DNA of 60,617 nt, the filler included, from a candidate division TA06 bacterium SM23_40 (GTDB lineage Bacteria > LJUI01 > SM1-40), in assembly GCA_001303705.1 (NCBI GenBank). It is 6 parts of 6 records of this genome, joined end to end, with 100 filler letters (N's around TTAATTAATTAA, not from the genome) between each part and the next. Parts side by side here need not be neighbours in the genome. Positions count along the whole stretch, not along the records: positions 14,868 to 38,519 come from LJUI01000023.1; positions 38,620 to 45,905 come from LJUI01000130.1; positions 46,006 to 53,268 come from LJUI01000131.1; 3 more parts are not named here. The stretch is one strand, 5' to 3'. A model generated the notes under the pieces. It ran no database searches. It saw only the letters and a list, made by a program, of their open reading frames with translations, and was not told where the DNA came from. Made by a program: the position numbers and the translations under genes. The first letter of the stretch is position 1. Each line of letters begins with the position of its first letter. Positions 37,879-47,074 of this stretch are shown here, piece by piece.

Positions 37879-38233
37879 CAGCAAATCGTATCGAGGCATT
37901 TTACCTCGCATGCTCCTGATGGCGGGGATCTGTCCGGAGGTTTGGGGGTATCTGAGGAAGGACACCCAGGGCGTAAGGGATTTGTCGCATTTGTCTATCT
38001 TCCACGGTGGGACGCCCATCGAAGACACAGGAGCAGGAGTGTCTGTGTTCAATGCGGGAATTCGCACATGGGGAATCCGTCCCTGTGGAGTAAAGGCCAA
38101 TGAAGAGCGCACTTCCATGGCATGCTTTTTGCTCGGATCGACCGCGAGACTGGACTGGCGGGATCCAGAGGCCCGGCGAGCAGAATGCCCGGGCCTGTCA
38201 AGAACTGCATCACACACCTCGCAGGAGTTCCGC

Positions 38234-38519
38234 ATGATCGATCCGACGCTTCGAATCCTCATGCTCGATGATGACCAAGCGGTCGTCTACCATCTGCGTC
38301 GACCCGGATCGATATGCGACACGCTCGAGTTTGACGAGTTCCCCAGCGAAGGAGAGTACAGCATAGAATGTGCGTGTCCTGTTCCATCCTCCAGTCCATT
38401 CGGGCTTGTCGTTGACGGTGCGATACCAGAGCGGCTGCTGAGGCTCTGTGCACTGGGCGGCATCCGCACGATCGACATGGACATCGTGCTCCTCTTCGTA
38501 AGCCACTACGCAACACATC
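38234..38519 (+). CDS. Possible receiver-like protein, N-terminal fragment
   Basis: SD AGGAG; LRILMLDDDQ resembles REC beta1; truncated by the contig end. Confidence 0.45.
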
Positions 38520-38619
38520 NNNNNNNNNNNNNNNNNNNNNNNNNNNNNNNNNNNNNNNNNNNNTTAATTAATTAANNNNNNNNNNNNNNNNNNNNNNNNN
38601 NNNNNNNNNNNNNNNNNNN
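38520..38619. other. Artificial contig linker
   Basis: N44-TTAATTAATTAA-N44. Confidence 0.99.
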
Positions 38620-39345
38620 GGGATCCTCACCGAGCAGCTGCTGGAGAGGGCGTCGAAGGTCGTCGCGATCGAGATCGACGAGCGCCTGTGCAATCTGCTC
38701 TCGAGCCGATTCGGGGGAGATGACCGCTTCATTCTTCTCAACAAAGATGTGCTCAGCGTTGATGTTGGCCGCCTCGCCGAGGCCGAGGCCGGCGGGAGGT
38801 TCGTCGTGGTAGCGGCCCTCCCCTATTCGATCTCCTCTCCCGCACTTCTCCATATGATGAGGGCGAAGCGGTCGATCGATCGTGCCGTCATCATCCTTCA
38901 GCGCGAGGTGGGGGCTCGGCTGTGGGCCCGCCCGGGCGAGAAATCCTATGGGACCTTGTCTGTTATCGTCAGGTATGCGGCAACAGTCAATACGCTCTTC
39001 CCGATCGCCCCCCATTCCTTTTACCCTCAGCCCAGAGTGGAGTCAGTGGCCATCCATCTCGACCTGCAGTGCGCACCCGCGGTACACGTAGACGATGAGG
39101 AGAGATTCCGCGCCCTCGTCGCGAGCGCGTTGAGTCAGAGGCGAAAGATGGCTCGTAATGCTATTCGTCCCGCGTTCGGGTTGAGCGCATCACAGATCCG
39201 GGTTCTGGAGCATCGTTCCGGTATCGACCTGTCGCGTCGGGCCGAGACCTTCTCCCTCGATGAGTTCGCCTGCCTTGCAAACACCCTCGGGGAAGTCTTA
39301 TGTTCAGGACATTCCTCCACCGTGCCGCCCGATGGGCAATCCTGA
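38620..39345 (+). CDS. rsmA: 16S rRNA m6,2A dimethyltransferase (5' truncated)
   Basis: GILTEQL..VAIEIDERL; ALPYSIS; QREVG..YGTLSV; FYPQPRVES; QRRK; RRAETFS. Confidence 0.92.
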   Translation, partial: GILTEQLLERASKVVAIEIDERLCNLLSSRFGGDDRFILLNKDVLSVDVGRLAEAEAGGRFVVVAALPYSISSPALLHMMRAKRSIDRAVIILQREVGARLWARPGEKSYGTLSVIVRYAATVNTLFPIAPHSFYPQPRVESVAIHLDLQCAPAVHVDDEERFRALVASALSQRRKMARNAIRPAFGLSASQIRVLEHRSGIDLSRRAETFSLDEFACLANTLGEVLCSGHSSTVPPDGQS

Positions 39346-41198
39346 TCGCGGTGATCGTTCCGCCCGCTGGGTGGGGTGCATCGGGCTCTGATGCGGCCTC
39401 TTCGTCGGTCGGCCCGGAGATCTCTGAGTCGTCGGGAGGACCTGTTCTGGGTGTGGTGATCGATCGATATCGGGATGTCTCGCGACTTCGCAATGAGATG
39501 AACATACTCTCCTTTCGGATGGGAGAAGCCCTCGTATCGGGCTCTGCGGTGAGGGAGATGCAACGCAACGAGACCGTCGACCGGACAAAGGAGACGACGA
39601 CTGCGGATATCAGGATATCGTATCCTGTCTCCGGGCGGGTTTCGCTGGAGTTCGCAGGGCGAGGCGATCTCTCTTCGGACGAAGGGGAGGCCTATCGCAA
39701 CCGGTCGTCGCGGCGGGAGGTGACAGGATCGATACACTATCGCGTTCTCCCGACGTTGACGGTCACTCAGTCGCTTCAGGTGGTGGCTGACCGCTACTCA
39801 CGTCGGGCGGGCAGAGCCAGACAGATCATCGATAACGACGGGATCGCCGATCATATGTACATCGAAGGAGATGCCGTGGTTGGCGACGGCAGAAGGGTCG
39901 GGTTCACCTACGATGGCGAGTATCGGCGTCAGGAAGTGACGGGGACGAGGAGGCGAGATTTGAGTGGATTCGCCGCCGGCCGGATCGGGGAGGTTATCGA
40001 TCTACGTCTTGATGTGCATGGGAGCCAGCACGTGGATGAATATCCGATCGGGGTAGGTGAGGAAGAGCGACAGGAGAAACGAGAGCGATTGCAGGGTGGA
40101 GGAGAGGTCTCGTGCAACGTGGCCTGGCCCCGTAAACTCCATCTCTCTCTCCTCGGAAGGGCATCGCGGACACGGACTGATTTCGAAGGCAGGACAGCAT
40201 CGCTGAGCGGCAGCGGCGACCGGGAGACATCTCTCAACGGTATCCAGGGAGCCCTCGCCTACCGGCCGGGAGATCGTCTCGCCCTTGAGATCTCACTTGG
40301 GACCGAACGTGAGGTCGCAGACTTCCGGGATCCGAACTCGCCGGATGACGAGGACCAGTGGTCGCGGAGTGGTGGATTGACCGCTGAGTATCGATTCGGG
40401 GAGGGGCGTAGCGTGGCATTCGTGCACCGCCTCTCACTCGACTCTCACTACTTCGCGCATCCGGCTGCCCAAGTGCCGCGGAGCCTCGACGAACGGGATG
40501 TGCTCAGGACGGTGACCGAGGCGACGACAAGACTTCCACTCTCCCAGAACACGACCATAGGGGCTGCCCTTGCGCACCGGAGCGAGGAGCTGATCTACGT
40601 GAGAAGTGAGCGATCCGCCAATAGCCGAGACCATGACACATACGAGTTCACCTCGCGTGTTGAGCTCATCCCCTCAACCATGTTCATCTTCGGACAGTCA
40701 TATGGGCTCTCCGCCGACTACAATGTCTATCCGTTCGATGATGACAAGAATCGCGTCATTCGGACGCTCACTGTGGAGTCCGATGTGGCAGTCGCCCTCA
40801 GTCAGCAGCTTGGTTTGAAGGTGGAGCACGGGTTAGAGCGCGAAGATCAGGGCCGGTATCCCGAGGTGGCCGGGACAGGCGAGCTCCGATATGAGAGGGA
40901 TCAGGAGCTGCGGCGACAGCGGGTTGGCGTCTCGCTCGAGTATCGGCTCGGGAGGGACTTCGAGATTACTCCTCGGTACGCCTATCTGGAGACAGAGCGA
41001 TTCGACATCGTTTCCGATCCCGCAACACAGTCGTTCGAACGGGTAAACCGTGACAGGCGTCGTGAGAGAACCTACGGAGTGGCGGCCCATTTCATGGCGG
41101 TGCAGCGAACCGATATTACATTCAGAAGCAACCTCATCGAACGAGATGGGGAGGAGAGGTACTGGGACATCGATGCAGCGTTCCGCTGGGAGTTGTAG
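39300..41198 (+). CDS. Hypothetical outer-membrane beta-barrel protein (632 aa)
   Basis: Signal peptide; alternating amphipathic strands throughout; aromatic-rich C-terminus AFRWEL. Confidence 0.65.
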   Translation: MFRTFLHRAARWAILIAVIVPPAGWGASGSDAASSSVGPEISESSGGPVLGVVIDRYRDVSRLRNEMNILSFRMGEALVSGSAVREMQRNETVDRTKETTTADIRISYPVSGRVSLEFAGRGDLSSDEGEAYRNRSSRREVTGSIHYRVLPTLTVTQSLQVVADRYSRRAGRARQIIDNDGIADHMYIEGDAVVGDGRRVGFTYDGEYRRQEVTGTRRRDLSGFAAGRIGEVIDLRLDVHGSQHVDEYPIGVGEEERQEKRERLQGGGEVSCNVAWPRKLHLSLLGRASRTRTDFEGRTASLSGSGDRETSLNGIQGALAYRPGDRLALEISLGTEREVADFRDPNSPDDEDQWSRSGGLTAEYRFGEGRSVAFVHRLSLDSHYFAHPAAQVPRSLDERDVLRTVTEATTRLPLSQNTTIGAALAHRSEELIYVRSERSANSRDHDTYEFTSRVELIPSTMFIFGQSYGLSADYNVYPFDDDKNRVIRTLTVESDVAVALSQQLGLKVEHGLEREDQGRYPEVAGTGELRYERDQELRRQRVGVSLEYRLGRDFEITPRYAYLETERFDIVSDPATQSFERVNRDRRRERTYGVAAHFMAVQRTDITFRSNLIERDGEERYWDIDAAFRWEL

Positions 41199-41775
41199 CC
41201 TGAACCGGGGGGCGCTCTCGCTCCTCATCGGACTATGCGGTGCAGCGCTCATACTGAGGGCGGCGGGGTGCGACCTGTTCAAGCCGCGCGAATCTGATAT
41301 CCCGGGGGAGGAGGGGGCGTCGTGGTCGTTCCCTGCAGAGCCTGACAGTGTCCTGTTCAATCTGGTCGCTGCCTACGAGGAGCGGAACGTCGAGAACTAC
41401 ATGACCTGTTTCGACTCGGCCTTCGTCTTTCTTGCGGATCCGTACGAGGCAAACGGTCCCAACGCCGAGCGGTACGCGGACTGGACATATGCCACCGAGG
41501 AGTCGGTTACGACACGCCTGTTCGCCGCGCAGGTCACGAGCGGGTCGATATCGCTTCAACTGACCGATTCCCTCAGGATAGAGAGCGACACCATAGCCAC
41601 GCTGTACGAGCACTATCAGCTCTCAGTACGTCACCCTACCCTGATGGCCGCGCAGGGCACGGCGAGACTGATGATGAGGCGTTTCGGGATATGGTGGTCG
41701 ATCCACGAATGGCAAGATATCAGAGCGGATACCACCGACTGGGGAGAGGTCAAGGGTCAATTCCGGGGCCGGTGA
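41173..41775 (+). CDS. Lipoprotein with an NTF2/SnoaL-like fold (start uncertain)
   Basis: Lipobox AAGC; PDSVLFNLVAAYEERNVENYMTCF; terminal WSIHEWQD. Confidence 0.75.
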   Translation: MQRSAGSCSLNRGALSLLIGLCGAALILRAAGCDLFKPRESDIPGEEGASWSFPAEPDSVLFNLVAAYEERNVENYMTCFDSAFVFLADPYEANGPNAERYADWTYATEESVTTRLFAAQVTSGSISLQLTDSLRIESDTIATLYEHYQLSVRHPTLMAAQGTARLMMRRFGIWWSIHEWQDIRADTTDWGEVKGQFRGR

Positions 41776-41808
41776 CGGAGCCCGGTGCCTGCTGCGGGCT
41801 TTTTGGGG

Positions 41809-41837
41809 TTGACAGGCCGCAGGCGGCCTGTTAGTGT
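41809..41837 (+). promoter_or_regulatory. Possible sigma70 promoter overlapped by a palindrome
   Basis: TTGACA-N17-TAGTGT; ACAGGCCGC-AG-GCGGCCTGT inverted repeat in the spacer; preceded by a weak hairpin plus T-run at 41779-41804. Confidence 0.4.
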
Positions 41838-41891
41838 TAATCCTGTTCATTTTGATGGGCGAGGTGGTCGACAACGAGAAAGAGGGATCCG

Positions 41892-42464
41892 ATGGGCTGG
41901 CGAGCTGTCGCCGTCGCCGCGCTCTGTGTCGCGGTTGCGGCATTTTACACGGGATGCGAGAATCCGTTCAATCCGACAGTGGGGATGTCGTTCGATGACG
42001 AAGCGGGCGAGGCGTTCGACCCGACGACACCCCAGCGTGTCCTCGACAATCTTGTGGTCGCCTATCAGGAGATGGATATCGACCGATACATGGCCTGCCT
42101 CGATACCAACGATTTCACATTCAAATTCGATCCGAGTGAGCCGGGTCTGGATGCACTCTTAGACGCGCAGGGAATCGTGAATAACGAGTGGTACAGAACA
42201 GAGGAGTGGTTGGCGACCCAGGCTCTGTTCGCCGAGGTGCGGGGTGTGAATGGATCCATCAGTGTGGCGCTGACTGGAGCGCCTCCGCACCAGTGGTCGG
42301 GGGATCCCTCAGGTAACACAGTCGAGATACAGCGGGCCTATCAGCTCGAGGTGAGACCGTTCCAGACCGACGTTGCCGGGACGGCGTTCTTTCGGCTGAG
42401 ACAGAATGAGTACGGCAATTGGGTCATCGTGGAGTGGCAGGACAAGATGCGCGAGGAGCCCTAG
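41892..42464 (+). CDS. Lipoprotein with an NTF2/SnoaL-like fold, paralog of the upstream gene
   Basis: Lipobox YTGC; PQRVLDNLVVAYQEMDIDRYMACL; WVIVEWQD. Confidence 0.8.
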   Translation: MGWRAVAVAALCVAVAAFYTGCENPFNPTVGMSFDDEAGEAFDPTTPQRVLDNLVVAYQEMDIDRYMACLDTNDFTFKFDPSEPGLDALLDAQGIVNNEWYRTEEWLATQALFAEVRGVNGSISVALTGAPPHQWSGDPSGNTVEIQRAYQLEVRPFQTDVAGTAFFRLRQNEYGNWVIVEWQDKMREEP

Positions 42465-42589
42465 GGAGACCCGGCGATTGCGCATCTGGGAAGCTCTATT
42501 GAGAGGCCGGGATAGATGGGAAACTCGGAGCGTCCTGTGTAGCAACTCAATGAACGTAATCTGGTGAGCAGCACGAGAGGATCGAACGT

Positions 42590-44185
42590 ATGAAGAGAGG
42601 TCTACGGTGGAGATTCCTGATAGTGGCGGGCATTGTGGTAGTGGCGATATTCCAGCTCCGTCCCACATGGCAGCTCCTTACCCTCTCCCCTGAGGAACGG
42701 AACGAGCTGTCGAAGGATGAGCTGTTCGATCTCCAGCGCCGTGCGATCAACCTTGGTCTCGATCTGCGCGGCGGCATGCACATCGTCCTGGAGGTAGACA
42801 AGTCGGGTCTTTCTGATGAAGAGGCTGAAGATGCCGTCGATCGCGCCCTGGAGATAATACGAAATCGAGTCGATAAGTTCGGGGTCTTCGAACCGTCGAT
42901 TCAACGGGAGGGTGAGAATAGGATCGCGATCCAGCTCCCGGGCGTCGAGCAGGAGCGAGCGCGATCCCTGATCGGACGCACGGCGCTGCTGGAGTTTCGG
43001 CTGCTTCCCGAACAGGAGGAGATGAACGAGATTTTCCTCGCGATCGATAACGCCCTTGCTGAGGCAGAGGAAGGCGAAGAGGCGGTTGTCGACACGGCCG
43101 AGGCGCTGCTCGACACGCTCTTCACCGAGACCAGGCCGTTTAGCTCGTACCTGCGTGTGTTGCGGACGAGGGAGGTGGCCGTGCGAAAAGAGGATGTCTT
43201 CGCGGTCGAGGCGCTCCTCGCACGGCCGGAGGCGCAGGAGGCGATCCCGCCGGACAGGGAGATACTGTGGGGACGCGAGGAAGAAGAACAGACCATCATG
43301 TACAAGCCGATCTATGTAGCCCGCAAGGAGCCTGAATTGACCGGCGCGTCGATAGCGGATGCGAGGATGGAGATCGGTCAGGCAGGGGGCGGGCGGATGG
43401 CCAACCAGCCCTACGTCAGCTTGCGCATGACACGATCGGCAGCGAGTCGGTTCCGCACCCTCACCGGGGCGAATATCGGGCGGCGGTTGGCGATCGTACT
43501 CGATGGAGTCGTCCAGTCTGCGCCGGTCATCCAGGAGAGGATTCCTCGTGGCCAGGCGAGCATCACGAACATACCCACAGTTGACGAGGCGAAAGATCTC
43601 TCGATCATCCTCAGGGCTGGCGCGCTCCCCGCACCGGTGGAGATCGTCGATGCCCGGTTTGTGGGCCCGACCTTGGGCGCCGACTCGATCCGTAAAGGGA
43701 TCAGGGCGGCAATCTGGGGAGGCATCATTGTCCTCGCCTTCATGTTCATCTACTACAGCCTCTCCGGAACGCTGGCAAACATGGCGCTGGTTCTCAACCT
43801 CCTCTTTCTGCTCGCGGCGCTGTCGGCGTTCGATGCTACCCTCACGCTGCCGGGGATCGCGGGTATCGTGCTTACGATCGGTATCGCGGTGGATGCCAAT
43901 GTGCTTATCTTCGAACGGATACGGGAGGAACTCGCCAGCGGGAAGACCGTCCGGGCAGCGATCGACGCGGGGTACGGGCGCGCATTCCGCACGATTCTGG
44001 ATGCAAATGTCACAACGCTGCTCACTGCGCTCATCCTGTACTGGTTCGGCACGGGGCCGGTGAAGGGGTTCGCCGTCACGTTGAGCATCGGGATCGTGGT
44101 GAGTTTCATTACTGCGATATTCATTACGCGCATGATCTTCGATTTCGTCACCTCACAGTGGGAGGTGAGTACTCTCCGGATCTGA
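42590..44185 (+). CDS. secD: Protein translocase subunit SecD
   Basis: LGLDLRGG; RNRVDKFGV; LRAGALPAP; VGPTLG; GIAVDANVLIFERIREE. Confidence 0.98.
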   Translation: MKRGLRWRFLIVAGIVVVAIFQLRPTWQLLTLSPEERNELSKDELFDLQRRAINLGLDLRGGMHIVLEVDKSGLSDEEAEDAVDRALEIIRNRVDKFGVFEPSIQREGENRIAIQLPGVEQERARSLIGRTALLEFRLLPEQEEMNEIFLAIDNALAEAEEGEEAVVDTAEALLDTLFTETRPFSSYLRVLRTREVAVRKEDVFAVEALLARPEAQEAIPPDREILWGREEEEQTIMYKPIYVARKEPELTGASIADARMEIGQAGGGRMANQPYVSLRMTRSAASRFRTLTGANIGRRLAIVLDGVVQSAPVIQERIPRGQASITNIPTVDEAKDLSIILRAGALPAPVEIVDARFVGPTLGADSIRKGIRAAIWGGIIVLAFMFIYYSLSGTLANMALVLNLLFLLAALSAFDATLTLPGIAGIVLTIGIAVDANVLIFERIREELASGKTVRAAIDAGYGRAFRTILDANVTTLLTALILYWFGTGPVKGFAVTLSIGIVVSFITAIFITRMIFDFVTSQWEVSTLRI

Positions 44186-44216
44186 GTATGGCAAATCGCA
44201 GAAATTGAGGGGGACA

Positions 44217-45299
44217 ATGCTTCGAATCCTAGCCGGGACACACGTCAACTTCATCGGCCACCGCAGACAGGCATTTGTGGCGTCGGCCATAGTCGTTGCG
44301 GTAGGGATCATCTCGTTGATTATGCACGGGGGCCCGAACTACGGTATCGACTTCACGGGCGGGCAGCTCGTCCATATCCGGTTCGAGAAGCCGATGACGA
44401 GCGATCAGGTACGTGCTTCACTCGCCAGAATCGGACTTGCCGCCTCCGAGCTCCAGCGTGTACGCGAGATGGATGAGTTCATGATCAGATTGCCGATCGA
44501 GGAGGGGGCGCCCGGGGCGTTAGGCTATGAGCCGGGGGCGGAATCGGCCGAGGGAGAAGGGCCCTCACTCGAGGAAGAGGCTGAGCAGGGAGGGGGCGAG
44601 GGATCTCGCGAGACGGCACCGGGCGAAGAGGGCGGTGGAGTCGAGGGCGAAGGTGAGGCCCCGGAGATGATGGGTGGTGTCTCCGACATCTCGAGCAGGA
44701 TCATCGCGGCAGTCCGGGAAGACTATCCCGATAACCCGGTGACACTGGAGCGGGAGGAGCTGATCGGCCCGCGCATCGGCAAGGAGCTCCAGAGGCGGGC
44801 GATCTATGCCGTGCTCCTCGGGATGGCCGCGATCCTTATCTACATAAGTTTCCGGTTCGACTTCCGATTCGCAGTCGGGGCAGTGATAGCGCTCTTTCAC
44901 GATGTGCTGATCACCGTAGGGATCTTCTCGATCCTCAATAAGGAGATCACGATCCCGGTCATCGCGGCGGTCCTTACGGTGGTTGGATATTCGATTAACG
45001 ACTCGATCGTGGTCTCCGACCGTATCCGCGAGAACATTCGGACGATGCGGCGAGAGGCGTTCGATTCGATGGTGAACGTGAGTATCAATCAGACACTATC
45101 ACGGACTGTCATCACCTCGCTGACGACTCTTATCGTGCTGTTCGCCCTCTTCTTCTTCGGCGGCGCCGTGATTCATGACTTTGCGTTTGCTCTCCTGATC
45201 GGAGTGCTCGTAGGAACATACTCGTCTGTCTTCATCGTGGCTCCTATTGTCGTTGAATGGGAACACGTCAGGCCTGCCCGACGGGAGCGGAAACGATAG
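44217..45299 (+). CDS. secF: Protein translocase subunit SecF
   Basis: GIDFTGG; HDVL; GYSINDSIVVSDRIREN; GTYSS. Confidence 0.97.
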   Translation: MLRILAGTHVNFIGHRRQAFVASAIVVAVGIISLIMHGGPNYGIDFTGGQLVHIRFEKPMTSDQVRASLARIGLAASELQRVREMDEFMIRLPIEEGAPGALGYEPGAESAEGEGPSLEEEAEQGGGEGSRETAPGEEGGGVEGEGEAPEMMGGVSDISSRIIAAVREDYPDNPVTLEREELIGPRIGKELQRRAIYAVLLGMAAILIYISFRFDFRFAVGAVIALFHDVLITVGIFSILNKEITIPVIAAVLTVVGYSINDSIVVSDRIRENIRTMRREAFDSMVNVSINQTLSRTVITSLTTLIVLFALFFFGGAVIHDFAFALLIGVLVGTYSSVFIVAPIVVEWEHVRPARRERKR

Positions 45300-45337
45300 C
45301 GTTTACGTTCTCCAGGTGGAGAAGGAGGTGATGTACA

Positions 45338-45905
45338 GTGCGGCCCGATCGAACAATTGCTCTGGCTGTCCTGGGGACCATCCTTTGGCTAGTACCGGGA
45401 TGGTCTCAGCTTGCATTCACGAACGTGACAACGAGTGCCAATGTGGGGAGCGTCGCAGAGGGAGTCGGTGCGACGCTCTTCGATTACGACGGTGACGGTG
45501 ATCTCGATCTGTATCTCAGTAACGGGTTCGGGGATGCAAACGTGCTGTACAGCAACGACGGCGACGGGACGTTCACCTCGGTCGTGGGGAGTGGCACAGA
45601 GGACACGGGCCCGGGGCGGGCATGCGTTGCCGGGGATTATGACAACGACGGAGATAACGATATCTATCTCGTGAACTATAATGCTGCAAACATATTATAT
45701 CGCAATGATGGGGATTCGACATTCACGGTAATGGTTGGTGCGAACGTGGGAGATGCGGGCGCGGGCGTGGGGGCAGCCTGGGGCGACTTCGATATGGATG
45801 GCGATCTCGACCTGTACGTCGTCAATTATAATTCGGCGAATATCCTCTACAGCAACGATGGTGATGCAACGTTCACCGTGCTTGTCGGCGCGGGGGTTGG
45901 GGACG
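45338..45905 (+). CDS. Secreted FG-GAP/VCBS repeat protein (3' truncated)
   Basis: Signal peptide; repeated DYDxDGDxDLY..N.LY.NDGDxTF; SD AAGGAGGTG. Confidence 0.9.
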
Positions 45906-46005
45906 NNNNNNNNNNNNNNNNNNNNNNNNNNNNNNNNNNNNNNNNNNNNTTAATTAATTAANNNNNNNNNNNNNNNNNNNNNNNNNNNNNNNNNNNNNNN
46001 NNNNN
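45906..46005. other. Artificial contig linker
   Basis: N44-TTAATTAATTAA-N44. Confidence 0.99.
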
Positions 46006-46974
46006 CGTCGGCCAGTTATCAGGATTCGAGAACCCCGAGGCATCCGCGATCCACGCGACATTGATCATCTCGGCGGGCGACTGGGTCTTCCCCTCGCCGC
46101 CCACATCGATGCCACCCGGGTTCAGTTGTGAGTAGAACGTCGTCCCATCCGGCCACAGCGTATCGCTCAGATCGCGCCACCGGCGGAACCCCGTCACATC
46201 ATCCTGGGCCAGGGGATAGGTCCATTCATCTCCGAAGTGGCCACAGTCCGCATCGAGGTACAGCCCCATGTACAGGGCCCGCAGCGTGTCGCCTCCGATG
46301 TTCTTCAGCCAGAAGTCGAAGATGATGAAGTCCCGGGAATAGGAGTAGCTCCAGGCATAGCTCCGCTGGGTGATCTCGAGCCCCAGGGGCTCGTGGTCCG
46401 GTCCCACGTATGCGGGCCACGTGGCGGCCGTACCCGTGTCGCTGTAGTAGGCGATGAAATCTTGCTCAGAGATCGCCGCCGTGTCGTAGTGAGGCGATGT
46501 CAGGCGGATCGACCGCTCACTAATCACGTCCTTCCAGTCGTCGATCCCATCGAGGGGGCCCGGATAGAACTCATAGTGAGGACCGGCCCACCCCTCGCAT
46601 CCCGTCGATACGAGGGTATCTCCCGCCTCGTTGATCGATCCGATCCACAATCCACCCCAGAATAGATACTTGGTGTTAGAGTAGGCAGGGAAGATGCACG
46701 AAGAGTAGTTGAAGTTGTTCTCGGAGCCGAAAAAGCCCCAATTGGTCACGGTGAGCCAGAGCTCGCCCACATCGTGGTCGATCCGCAGGGTGTTCGGGTC
46801 CTGGAGCATCGACGACATCGCAGATCTCTCCAGGCCGGGCCTCTTGAGCGGCGCTCCTGTGACCGGGCTGATCACCGCTGCGGTCACTACGACAGGGAGG
46901 AGCAACAGAGAGGAAAATGCTGCTCTACTCACGCCGTACACCTCCATTCCGAAGGACAGACGGCTTCCGTACAC
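46006..46974 (-). CDS. Secreted protein, close paralog of 17842-20214 (3' truncated; start may be 46947)
   Basis: Shared blocks DHDVGELWLT.TNWGFFG, GDTLVSTGCEGWAGPHYEFYPGPLDGIDD and DDVTGFRRWRD. Confidence 0.88.
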
Positions 46975-47074
46975 TCCCTCTACAAGTGCCTCAGCCGATC
47001 CCGGAAGTCTCCCTCCCGGGATCGGTCTTGTCTCTTGTGATCCAAACCAGAGCTGGCAGCAGCCCCCGGGGCTT

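Noticed and set aside
37910-38233. 5' extension of the 37910-38575 ORF
   Set aside because: No protein-like character, and it lies next to the divergent promoter; the SD supports a start at 38234
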